Assembly (NCBI GenBank): GCA_031835245.2
Contig: JAVKOQ020000077.1
Span: 124,001 to 188,000, forward strand
Source: Balamuthia mandrillaris
Lineage: Eukaryota
Length of the DNA: 64,000 bases
Reading direction: 5' to 3'
Shown: piece after piece, positions 13,703-25,082 of the stretch
How positions within the stretch are numbered: position 1 is the first letter of the stretch
Layout of the letters: each line of letters starts with the position of its first letter
The notes under the pieces: model-generated
Databases searched by the model: none
What the model was told of the DNA's origin: nothing
What the model saw: the letters and a program-made list of their open reading frames with translations, nothing else
Made by a program: the position numbers and the translations under genes

Positions 13703-13957
13703 CTTCTTCGTTCTTGTTCTTCTTTTTGTTCTTCTTCTTGTTCTTCCGCTTCTTCTTGTTCTTCTTCTTCTTGTTCTTCTTCTTGTTCTTCTTCTTCTTC
13801 TTGTTCTTCTTGTTCTTCTTCTTCTTGTTCTTCTTCTTGTTCATCTTCTTGTTCTTCTTCTTGTTCTTGTTCTTCTTGTTCTTCATCTTGTTCTTCTTCT
13901 TCTTGTTCTTCTTCTTGTTCTTCTTCTTCTTGTTCTTCTTCTCCTTCTTCTTCTTGT
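13703..13957. repeat. (TTC/TTG)n trinucleotide microsatellite
   Basis: About 250 bp of TTC interrupted by TTG, intergenic. Confidence 0.9.
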
Positions 13958-14263
13958 TTTTTCTGTCTTCTTCCTACGTTCTACGGTCTAGTAATGTGTT
14001 CTACGTGGTCTTAAGCTACACGTGGTTTGTTTACCGACGAAGACCACATTCCATTCGTGTAGTGCGGTAAAGGGCAATAAAGACACGAGGGACACGGAAT
14101 GACCTTGCGGTCTCTCCTTTTTCTCCTTTCGTTGCTTTAGACCTTCATGAACTCCCGAAACTTTTGGTATAAAAACCTGGAGGCCCACCGTTGCCAAAAC
14201 GCTTCCTCGACGTTGACTATAACCGACCCCACCCTGGCACAACACCTCGGCCTTGAACCAACC

Positions 14264-15416
14264 ATGCGCACCGTCTTTGCTGCTCCCTCTCTCGTCGCGC
14301 TCAGCTTGGTCTTGCTGTGCTGCTTCTCCTCCTCAGGGGCTGTTTCCGGCGAGGAGCAGCTACGCACCATCTACCAGAGCAACAGGACGTTCTCCTTGTG
14401 GAAAGGCGCGTACCAAGTGTTGCAGAGCGACCCGTTCTCCGCCTACGACCCGCCCAGCCACTTCACCTTCCGGGTCACCTGCGCGGAGGCCTGCCGCTTG
14501 GCCGCTTATCTCTTTCCCTCCAGGAAGGCTGCGGACAAATGGGGGAGCACAGGGGACATAAGCCAGGCCCTGTGGCTGAGAACCGTTCCGGCTCTGCCCT
14601 CCAATGGGTCTTTGACCATGGAGTTCGCCACCTCCGCAGAGATGAACATGTTTGCTGTGGTCGTGGAGAACTTGGAGCAGAAAGAGCTGAGCCAGGTGGG
14701 TTGGTCCACGGTGGCCAAGTCAAACGCCACAGTGCCTCAGGTCTGTTCCTCGGACAAGAAGGACAGCTTCGAGCTGGTGACCTTCCAGCCCCTCAAGGAT
14801 GCCTCCATTTGTCCCTTCTTGCCCGACAAGCTGCAATGTTCGCAGGTGGGCACCACCTTGCTCATCGGTGGTGACTTTGGTGACCGCCTTGTGACCATGT
14901 TCACGGAGGTTGGCCTGAACCACACTTTTGAGCTCGAGTTTATAGATGTTTTGGGAAAATGCGTTGGCTGGGTCTTTACAAGGAGTGATAACGTCACCAT
15001 GGACATGAACATTCGTTGTCAACCTCTTTCTCCTGGTTTGTTCTCCACTTCCTTGCTCGTTATGCTCTTCACCACCTCTATTTTTTTTCTTCATGCCTTC
15101 CTCTGCTGCTCATCTCCTTAGAATGGTTCTAACTAAACGTCTCGCTCACTCTCTTGCAGCCTATCAGTACTGCTATTACAACTACCAAACCGCCAGCGCA
15201 GCGCCAGGACCGGAGCCTCAACCGGACGATGAAGACAAGGAGGAGTCACACTCCAAAGAAAAGGCCCTTCTCATCGTCGTCGGCGTGTTGAGCTTCGTGG
15301 CGGCCGTGGCCTTGGCCTCCACCTTCGCATTGGTGGTGCTTCGTGTGATGGAGAGGAAGAGGAACAAGGCCGCTCTTCACGGATACCAACTCTACGAACC
15401 ACCACAACAGGAATGA
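14264..15416 (+). CDS. Type I membrane protein of unknown function (2 exons)
   Basis: Signal peptide MRTVFAAPSLVALSLVLLCCFSSSGAVSG, Cys-containing ectodomain with N-x-S/T sites, intron at about 15034-15159, TM ALLIVVGVLSFVAAVALASTFALVVL, short tail with YQL. Confidence 0.8.
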
Positions 15417-15442
15417 GAGACCATTCGTTTATTTGTTTATAG

Positions 15443-16142
15443 TTGTTGCACAGATGCATTGTTATTAAACATGATGCTTTGTTTCCTCCTCGTCGTCTTT
15501 CTTTCTCTTCCGCGTCAACCTTTTCCAGTTCTTCCTTATCGAAGGGACACAGATGCTTTGTTTCCTCGAGACTGGCAAACAACAGGAGGAAAACACACCC
15601 CTTGTGGACGGGCAGCAAGCCGTCTGCAGAAAGTTTTATACGATGGGACAAAAAAACCTGGGTCACGCCGGATCTGCTACCAGGCCCTCACCCAGGACCG
15701 CAGGATGTCTTTCCTCACTTGGCACGAGCAGGGACGAGTTTGGTAGGAGGAACAGGCAACGTGGTGTTGGTGTTTCACCTGGATGAGGCTCTTTCTGGGA
15801 GTACAACTACACCCTCGTGTTGCCCATTGTCACTGGTCGTGGGCGGATGAGATGGTGCGATCTCTTCCAACGGATGAGATTACTACAGTACAAAATTCGT
15901 CGATGGTGGGGAGCAGTCCCAAGCCAATGGGTACCAACTGGTGCGAGACGCAACTCTGGCTGCTGGTCCGGATAAGAGATTTGCATCCCCACTTCATGAA
16001 TGCATTGTTGCGTCACAAAGAGCAAGCGAAAGCAGAAAGAGAAAAGCATGGCGCAAAGACCGAAGCAGACGAAGACAATGACGACGACGAAACAGATGGG
16101 GATGAAGAAAATGAGGAAGAAGAAGAATATGAGAAGGACTAA
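15443..16142 (+). pseudogene. Possible broken or hypothetical gene
   Basis: Protein-like segments in overlapping frames (15443-15850 and 15783-16142 with an acidic tail). The frame of the second ORF has a TAG at 15744-15746. No family recognised. Confidence 0.3.
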
Positions 16143-16434
16143 GAGGGTACACAAGAGGAGAATAACAAGACGTGAAGGAAAGAGGCAAGATGACGTACCA
16201 GCGCCGTTAGAGTCCGCTGTTGAGTTGGCCAATGGCGAAGAAAAAAGAACGAAAATGACTCTTGTATCATACGAGAATGTCCATTCATTCATTCAGTTTC
16301 ACAGTTCTCGTACATGCTTAGCTTGTTAGGCTCCTACCTGAGGCTCTAAGCTAGACACGCGTTAAAAACAATATTAAAATAATTAAAAATAAAAAGAGGA
16401 AAAGAGAGCGTTACGTACTCCAGCGACAAACAGG

Positions 16435-17055
16435 ATGCAACCAAGTAATGTCTCTTTGGTGGAAGAGCTCCTTCCGGACGAGCTTCTCTGCCACATCCTA
16501 CACATGCTCCCCGACGACACCGTTGCCATCGCCGCCAGAACCTGCAAACGTTGGTTCGCTTGCAGCAAAAGGGGTCCCCCTCCTTGCAGGGACCTCCGTT
16601 ATCGCCTCTCTGCCAAGCGAGCCTGCTCCACCGTGTCGTTGTTGCAATGGGGCGTCCAGCAGCAACGCCTTATCCCCTGGAACGCCAAAGCCTTCCTCGA
16701 CTCGACGACCATCACCTGCAACCTCGCTGCCGAGCAAGGCGCTCTGGACGTCATCCTCTACGCTCGCAAACGCCTCTGCTGTCCCCTTAACGCCATCGAC
16801 TGCCCCGTTCACGCCGCCAAAGGGGGACACCTGAACGTGCTGAAATGGGCCATCTTGGAGGAGAAGTGCTACCGGCACCCAAACTGTTGCTTGGAGGCAG
16901 CAAGGAACGGGCACCTGCACGTCCTGAAGTGGCTGAGAGAGGAGGCGCAATGCGAGTGGGATCTGAGCGCGTGCATCGAAGCGGTGGAGAAGGAGGCGAA
17001 GCTATCGGAGAAGGAGAAGAATGAAGTGTTGGACTGGATCATAGAGAACGACTGA
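16435..17055 (+). CDS. Intronless F-box-like + ankyrin-like repeat protein (giant-virus-style)
   Basis: LLPDELLCHILHML...AARTCKRW F-box-like motif followed by AAKGGHLNVLKWA and AARNGHLHVLKWLRE repeats. Confidence 0.85.
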   Translation: MQPSNVSLVEELLPDELLCHILHMLPDDTVAIAARTCKRWFACSKRGPPPCRDLRYRLSAKRACSTVSLLQWGVQQQRLIPWNAKAFLDSTTITCNLAAEQGALDVILYARKRLCCPLNAIDCPVHAAKGGHLNVLKWAILEEKCYRHPNCCLEAARNGHLHVLKWLREEAQCEWDLSACIEAVEKEAKLSEKEKNEVLDWIIEND

Positions 17056-17221
17056 CGTGCGTTGGCTCCAGCGCAGCCTCCATTCAATATCGTCAATAAA
17101 TATTACAATATTTTTTGTTTACTTTTTAATTTTTCTATATTGTTAATATAGCGAATATATTTTTAACGGGGCGAAACGAGAGAAGAGAGAAACACACACC
17201 AACAAGAAGAACAAAAACACA

Positions 17222-17505
17222 ATGGCTCACCTTCTGATCAGCGACAGCGATCCGCGCGTGGTGGAGTTGGAGTTCAAGAACGACTTCTCGGCGGAGGAGC
17301 TGAAGCAGTATCGCGAGACCTTCCAAAAGTACGACGAGAACCACAGCGGCGAACTGGAGCTCTTTGAGCTCAACGTCCTGTACGAACATATGGGACAACC
17401 CAAAACCAACCTCCAACTTCGTGCTCTTATCGTTCGTATTTTTTTTTCAAAAAAAAAAACCTATCAAATCTTCTTCGTCGTTCTCTTCCTCTCTCTCTTT
17501 CTCTT

Positions 17506-17546
<41 letters not shown>

Positions 17547-17917
17547 TCAATAGCAAAAGATAAACTAACTGCACAACAAAAACGCAGAGAGAAGCCGACA
17601 CCACAGCAAGCGGCGCTATCAACTACAGAGAATTCCTGGCCGTCCTCCTCAAGGACAAGAAAGGCATCAGCAAGGGGCCTTGGACCGGCCTCAGCCTGGC
17701 CATCGGCAAAGTGCACGACGACTCCAAGGACACCGGCCGCAAGGCCAACTTCTTTGAGCAGGAGATCGCCAAGCAGAAGGGCGACCCGTTGGAGGCCGAG
17801 AAGCTCAGACTGGCGGCGGAGGACAGGAGGAAGAAGAAGGAGGAGGAGGAGCGCAAGAAGAGAGTGCAGGCCGGTCTCGCTAAGCTCAAAGCCGGCATCA
17901 ATGGCCAAAATAACTGA
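17222..17917 (+). CDS. EF-hand protein, EFHD/swiprosin-1-like (2 exons)
   Basis: F..YDENHSGELELFEL, GQPKTNLQLRALIREADTTASGAINYREFL, KANFFEQEI and a C-terminal coiled coil: the EFHD1/2 architecture. Confidence 0.82.
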
Positions 17918-18052
17918 TATTGCCGGCATTGTTAGTTGTTTGTGAAGAGGTTATTATTAGAGGCCAAACAAACATCGAGATGTATCTTAACTGAGAGAGG
18001 TTTTTTCTGTGTTAGAAAGAAGAGAGGAGCATAGAGAATGAGAGAGGAGTTT

Positions 18053-21000
18053 CTACTTGGTGTTCATGCGATATAAGAACTTGGGGCAATGGGGGCCGAC
18101 TCTAAGCTCTGGGGTGGCTTCCGGGAGGGGTTCGTCGCGGCCAGATTCTCGGAGATCCTCTTTTGCGTTGGCTGACAAAAGTTGAAATAGGAATTGTGAC
18201 TGCTTCCCAAAGTTCTTTTTGATGTACCGCGGCACGGGTTCGTCCCAGGGGTCTAAATCCTCTGAGCTGCCGTATTCACTCTCCTCCTCCTCCTCTTCTT
18301 CTTCTTCTTCTTCTTCTTCATCCGGTTCGGAAGTAGCATCGGCGCATTCTTCTTGGGTGAGTTCAGTCATTTCTTGCAGGAACTCCTCATCGAAAGCGTT
18401 AAGCGCCTCCTCATCCAATTCCTCATCTTCCTCATGCCATGGCTCGAACGAGGTGTCTGTAAGTTCTATTATAAGCGAGAGCAAGAAGAAGAATGAGAAC
18501 AGCGCTCGAATGAAAGAGAGAGAGAGCGAGAAAGAAGAGAAGAGGAGTGAAGCCTATACGAAAGGAAGTTGACGACGACAAGTTCCAAAAAGTATGCAAA
18601 GGTTCCTGAGGATAAGGGTATAAAGTAGTACTGTGCCTCCTAAAGATGTTGCCCGTGGGATTGTTATTGCCTTCAATGAATTCCTGCTTATCGCCTGCTG
18701 CTTCTTGTTCTTCTTGTTCATCTTCTTCTTCTTCTTGTTCTTCTTCTTCTTCTTCTTCTTCTTCTTCTTGTTCTTGTTCGGAATGCTCAAGACACAATCC
18801 ACTGCCAATGCCAACGGGAGCAGCAAGAACAGAATGAATGTCCTCTGCAGTGACTTCCAAGACAGGTCTTCCGGTGGTTTTTTGTTCTCTTTCCACTTTC
18901 TGTATGGCGCTTGAAATGACGCTGTCCATCCACTGTTGAAGGGCTGTGAGGGCAAAAGCTGCGAAACGGAAGAGTGAGAAATTGTTAACAGCTATTCACA
19001 GAGGAGCAACTTACAGCAAGTATCGGGTTCGGAATAAGCTACTCCAGCTTTACGCATCAACAAATGAATTGAATGATGCAGCGAGTGGTCATCATGGAGG
19101 AAATCCATAGCTCCACATGGGAGGTCTTCATCCTCTTTAGCTTGTTCCTCTTCTTCTTTCTTCCCTTCGTCCTCTTCTTTCTGTTTTGCGGCACCCTCCT
19201 CTGCTTTCAGGGTTGGTTCAGGAGGTGGCACAGCCAACGGCCGAACAGGAATCAATGAGTGATCCAAAATACCTAACGTCCTGAAGTTGGAGGTCCAAAA
19301 CTTGAAGTCCCAAGGCTCTCTGGCCAAAACTCTTGGCCCACCGTGCAACGCATCTCCATCGGGATACCATTCCGGCGGATCCACGCACAGTTCCTTTTTC
19401 AACTCGTACATCTCCTGCCATGATAAGCATTCCACCATCATAGCCATTGCCATCATGATCTCTTCTCCTGCAGAAGGCTGGTCCGTTCTTGTGGCGAGGG
19501 ACTCTGTGGAGTCCTCGAAAAGAGAGTAAACACAGGATGCTGCATATCGTCCGTTGTTCGAAAGGTGAAGTTGTTGCTGCTGGGCCAAAAGAGCTTTTAA
19601 GACAAAAAAGCTTCGCTTTCTTCGTGACCACCATATTCGAGGATGAACGAGTTTTGCATAGTCTTTTGGATCATTCCTAGGCCTTAAGGCCGATTCCTCC
19701 TCTGATTCTTCGTCGTCCTCGGCCTCCTCCTGGAACGGGGTCTTCTTGGAACGTGTATGCAAATGAAGCACGTCCAACTCCTTCACCGCATGGCGCGATA
19801 AGTCCGCCGCATCCATCTGGTAACCAAGTGTGCGTTCATGGCGAGTCGTACGGACAAGATGACGTTCCTTTAAGGCTTGCTCTCCCTCTGCCAGCGTGTA
19901 AGCAATGCGTGGCATACTTGCTATATTCTGTGCGTACGTGAGTCAACAGAAGAGAGAAGTAAAAAAGTAGAGAAGGACGACTTAGAAGAGAGAGATGTAG
20001 AGAAGAGACAGTAACCTGCACTGAAGAGCTTGGAGGATCTTCATGGTCTACAAAGAGAAATGGGCTCCAACCAAGCAGCGGGTGACCTTGAAGTTGACCT
20101 TCCAGGATCTGGGCGAAGTGAGGTACAAGCAGTGGATAGCTCCTGTACACGTATGGTGGTCAATCATGTTATATGGACTTTAAGTGTAAAAAAAATACTT
20201 ACTTCAGTAATGCTAACAACGAATGAATGTCAAATGGGGTTTCAACTGCATTAGCTTCCTCTGCCTTTTTCTCGTGTCCTTCTTTCTCTTCCTCCTCTCT
20301 TGTCCTTTGAACAAGTTCTGCTTTGTGTTCTTCCCACCATGCCCGTGCAGCTTCTGAGGTGCGTTCATCCTGCTTCAACCAAGAGGCGAACAGCGATAAC
20401 AAAGTCTTTACCTTTGCATCAACATCTACGGAAGGAATCCCATCGTAGTATTGATGCCACTTGGCTCCTATGTGCATTGACCACACGCTATATTCATGTC
20501 AACAGAAGAAGAGCATGGATAAGGAGAGAGAGACAGAGAGATAGAGAGAGACAGAGAGAAGGAAAATGCACTTGGCCATCGCTTGATCCTTGGCTTCTTT
20601 GAGATAAACTTTCTTCCAATCGAGGGGTGTGTTGTCTTCCTCCGATCTGTTTTCAGCTAGAATGCGCTCTGCGGCCTTGATCTCACCACTCTTGCTTGGC
20701 ATCCATAGGTCCTTATTGACTTTGGTCAGTATCTCCTTGAATTGATCTCGTTCGGCTGCCTGCATCCGGAATGAGTATTGCAAGGTTAACAAGCGAAGGA
20801 GAGCGAAACCAGAAAAGAAAGAGCACAGTATATGTAACCTGCTTGACGCTTTCCTGACAACAGATCAACGGGTGCAACATATCCATCAGCACCAGCTGCT
20901 CTGCATCCTCTGGCTTGCGCTCTGGGTCCAGTCGATGCAGCGGTATTGCGATAGGTCCTTCAGCCGGGGCAAACGCACCCCACTGCTCCAAAGGTTCGAA

Positions 21001-21580
21001 GCAAAGGTAAGACCATATCTGGTCATGCCTTGCGGAGATCCTTGCCACTTTCGGGTCGCCTTTGCCTTCCTCCTGTTCTTCCAGCACTGAAGAGTGAATG
21101 CCTTTGTAAACGAATGGGGCATGCGGCTCCATCAGATCCCATTCTCTCCATTTGGTTATCAGCCCTGTTTTGAAGAGGAGAGAAGAAAGAGAAGAGGTGA
21201 AGCAGAGAAGCAGGAAGAGTGAGAGAGAGAGAGAGAAAAAGCGAGAGAGCAACAAGCTCAGCGTGTCAGAAATTGGTTGAAACAAAGTAACAAGAAGGCA
21301 AGGACGCACTGGGGTAGCGAAACACAGCACGCTGGAACAAAGAGAACCACAAGGACTGGTCTTGGCTGAGGAGGTTGAAGCGGCGGCAGGTCTGGGCGAG
21401 GGAGCAAAGCTCTCCGGCCAGCAGAAGGGAGAACACGTGAAGCCAGACTTCATCGGGAAGCAACCACGCCACCTCGACGACCTCGGGTGCTTCATTTACT
21501 CCGAGAGCGGCATTGCTCAGAGCTCGTGGGCACGCCTGGTGCTCCTTCTTCCTTCTCCTCCGCGACCGCTCGCCTTGCAT
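18053..21580 (-). CDS. F-box protein with acidic low-complexity tracts (multi-exon)
   Basis: Exon 1 F-box LLPDEVWLHVFSLLLAGELCSLAQTCRRFNLLSQDQSLW. Successive minus-strand ORFs separated by CT-rich introns. TAG at 18053-18055. Confidence 0.72.
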
Positions 21581-21739
21581 TACTCCTTTATTTATTGATT
21601 ACATTAAAATTTCTAAGAAAAATTTCAATTTTTAGTTCAATATTTCATTTTTTTTGTTGTTTTTAATTATTTTTTGGATTTTTGAATATTTCTGATTTTT
21701 ATTTGTATTTTTTGCTTTTTTTTCGATTTTTTTCGATTT

Positions 21740-22013
21740 TTATTGGTTGGTTGTTGTTGCAGAGGAGGAAGGGCTCTCTGCTGGTTGAGACGTTGTGGTG
21801 GTTGTTGTTGTTGCTGATGAAGCTGATGCAGGGGTGGCGGGGGGAGTGTGTTTTGGCTGTCGTCCTCGTTTCCAAAAGACCTTGGTGGGGAGGAGCTTCC
21901 AGGCCAGGTTGTTGTTGATGAAGGCCACGCGGCCCAAATCAGAGGAACAGCCGGGGCATTGCGGTTGGGATGCTCTGCTCTCTTTTGTTTGTTAAAGTTT
22001 TTGTTCGGTTTGA

Positions 22014-22057
<44 letters not shown>

Positions 22058-22649
22058 GGAAGAAAAGTTGGAGAGCTGTTGGTGTGAATGACAACGAAAG
22101 GATGGGATGTAATAACATGAGAGAAGAAGAGAAGAAGAACGAAGAAGAAAGAAGAAGAAGAACATAAAAGAACTCATAGAAGATGAAAGAAGAACAAAAG
22201 AAGAATGAAGACAGGGGAAAAAAGATGATAGGAGCAAGAAGAAAGAACGATGACAGAGGAGCGGGGACATTAAACACACAAAACCGAGAACTTATATATA
22301 AACGAACCGAACATCTTCTCTACCAAACAGATGGAAAAGGAGCCATTGCCTTGCTTCAGATACCGAAAAAGATAGCCTCTGTCAAAACGAGAAGGCCAAT
22401 CAAACATTGTTAGCATTTGCCACCCAAAAATAAAAATAAAATTAAATCCGAAACAATGGGAAGGAGGAAGAAGAAGGAAGAAAGGTGTGAGAGAGAAAGA
22501 GAGAAACGGTTAACAAACGTGCACTGACTGCAATACACAGTAATCATTCGGCTGGCAACTCCTTTCATCTTCTTTGCTTGCAAGTGTTTGTTCGCTACGT
22601 TTTTTTTCTTCTTCCTTAGGAGCAGAAATGAAGCACAGGTCCTGCACAT
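21740..22649 (-). CDS. Small zinc-ribbon (CxxC...CxxC) protein (multi-exon)
   Basis: Spliced reading ITVYCSQC / GYLFRYLKQGNGSFSICLVEKM / CPGCSSDLGRVAFINNNLAWKLLPTKV. Start codon uncertain. Confidence 0.6.
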
Positions 22650-22918
22650 GCCTTGATGTCGGCACGAAATGTTTGATTGTTGATTGGATGAACGAATTTA
22701 AATATATTCCTCGAAAATTTTCATTCATTCTTTGTCGACAAAAATTTTTATCTTCGAGAAAGAAGAAGACCCGTTCCCCAAAGAGAGGGCTGTTACCCTT
22801 CCTCTCTCCCCCTTGTGCTTCTTGATGGGTCTTTTCTTGTTAGAAATAGATTTGACCCGCTTGTTTGGAACGTTTGTCTGACCAAAAAAAACTTCTAAGG
22901 AAAAGAAAAAAGAAAGAA

Positions 22919-25046
22919 ATGATGGACGGACAGCCGCAGTGGAGTGTGACGAAAACGTTGTCGTCCGCCGAAGATTTGCTGAAGGCTGGCAAAGAGGAGC
23001 TTATCAAGGAGGTCATTCGGCTGCGGCACGACAACCAACGTTGGAAGGAGGAGAGCGAGCGCACCAAAGACGAGAAGCTCCAGCTCGAGTACCAGCTTTT
23101 GATGCTGCGACAACAAATCGCACAGCTGAAGGAGCAGCTTTCTTCGTCTCTTCTTCCTCAACATCCATCTCGCCCTCCTCCCTTTCTTTCCTCCTCCTCA
23201 TCTTCTGCTGCTGCTGCTTTGACGAACGTTCCCTCGCCTCTTCCTCTTCCTCCTTCTGAACGTTCTGCTGCCTCTGCTTCCTCTTCGTCACCTCCTTCTT
23301 CTCCTCCGCCTAACCAAGAAGCCCTCAACCGGCAGCCCTTCAAACAACCTCTTTCGCCTTCCTCTTCTCTTTCTCAGTCCTCCTCCAAAAAGCAAGGCCC
23401 TTTGCTCCCACCCACAGAGTTATCGGTCTCTTTTGCCTTCGATGAGGAGGAGGAGGAAGAAGAAGACGAACCCAAAGAGCAAGCAGAGGCTCGGCGAGGG
23501 GAAGAGGCGCAGGCTCCTTCCACCCCTCCTCGTTCTCTTCTACAGACAGGAGGGACATTGTTGCTGTCGGTGGCTTCGCCGCAGCTGTTCTCTCCGTTGA
23601 CGCCTTCGCCCATCAACCTCAACAAAGTGTATCACCATGATGAGGACGATGTCGACGCCGATGCTGCCTTTGCACGTCCCATTCCACGTCCTAGACGAGA
23701 GCTCTCTTTCAGCGATGACGATGATGATGAGGGTGAGGTTGATGCAAATAATGTAAGAGAAGAAGAAAAAGAAGGCGAAGGCGAAGGAGAAAGCAGACGA
23801 GTAGAGGTTGACGAAAAGGAAGATGGAAAAGGAAAGAAGGAAAAAGTAGGTACCAATGGAGAAAGTATCGAAGAAAAGAGACAGAATGACAAACTAGAGG
23901 AAGAAGAAGAAGAGGTAGAAGTCGTGATGGTAGAAAAGAAGCCCAAAGAAGTTGTGTTAAACAACATTTCATCTATCCTCTATGCTTCATCGCCTTCTAT
24001 CGTTGCAGATGAAGGGGCAGTTGCTGGGATTAGTAGCAGTGGAGGAATATCTCTGTTGGGAACCTCATTGCTCTCTCCGATGCTGCCATCCTTCAATTCT
24101 CATCGACGAGATCGTTCTATTCTCTCGTTGTCACATACCAAAGCTTCTTCATCGCCGTTTGCAGCTGCTTCAATCTCATCTTCATCTTCTTCTTTAACTT
24201 CATCTTCGGCTTCATCTTCGTCTACATCGTCACCTTCGACCTCATCTGCTGTTTCTCCTCCTTCTGAAGGCGGTTTAGTGGCGAAAGAAACCGCATCTAC
24301 CAGCAGTAGCAGCAACGACGCGCCATTTTCCTCTTTACTGGGCGGCCTAAACCCACTTCAACGTAAAGCAGTAACACAAGATATCACATGCCCACTAACC
24401 ATCATCGCAGGAGCGGGCAGCGGCAAGACTCACACTCTCTGCAGTCGCATCGCTTATCTCTTGCAACAAGGGATTCCCTCTCATCAAATCGTGGCGCTGA
24501 CTTTCACTCGAGCAGCAGCCAACGAGTTGAAACTTCGCGTTCGAGACATGTTGCGAAAGAGTCAACTTCACGGAGACAACATCAAAAACAGCAACTTTGG
24601 AAACGGTGAGCGAAGATTAGAGAGATCGTCGTCATTTGCTTCCTCCCTTTCCCTCAAGACTGGCACATTCCATTCATTTTGTTTTGGGATTTTGCGGCTT
24701 CATTGCGAGTTATTGGGATACAGTCCAAACAATTTGAAACTGGTGAGCGAAAAGAAACAAGAATATATCATTCAAGAGGGCATCCTGCTTTGGCGGAAGA
24801 GACATAACGGACAGTTGGACCACGGCATCATGAGGAGATTCTTTGGCGATGATGGCCAGAAATATGGTTCATCAACAAAGGATAAGAACAAGGAAGCAGA
24901 AGAAGATGAGAACGAATCGGAGAAATATGGGCTGAAGAAATTGTTCGCAGCTGATGACCTCAAAGCTATTCCAAAGCCAGAAATAGAACAGGTATGTGTC
25001 AACTCTTTTTTTTAAAAAATGAGATTTGTCTTTATGATACTGATAC

Positions 25047-25082
<36 letters not shown>

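Noticed and set aside
13565..14070. Long Ser/Cys, Phe/Leu and Lys/Asn ORFs (also 8508-8927)
   Set aside because: These are translations of microsatellites that lack stop codons.
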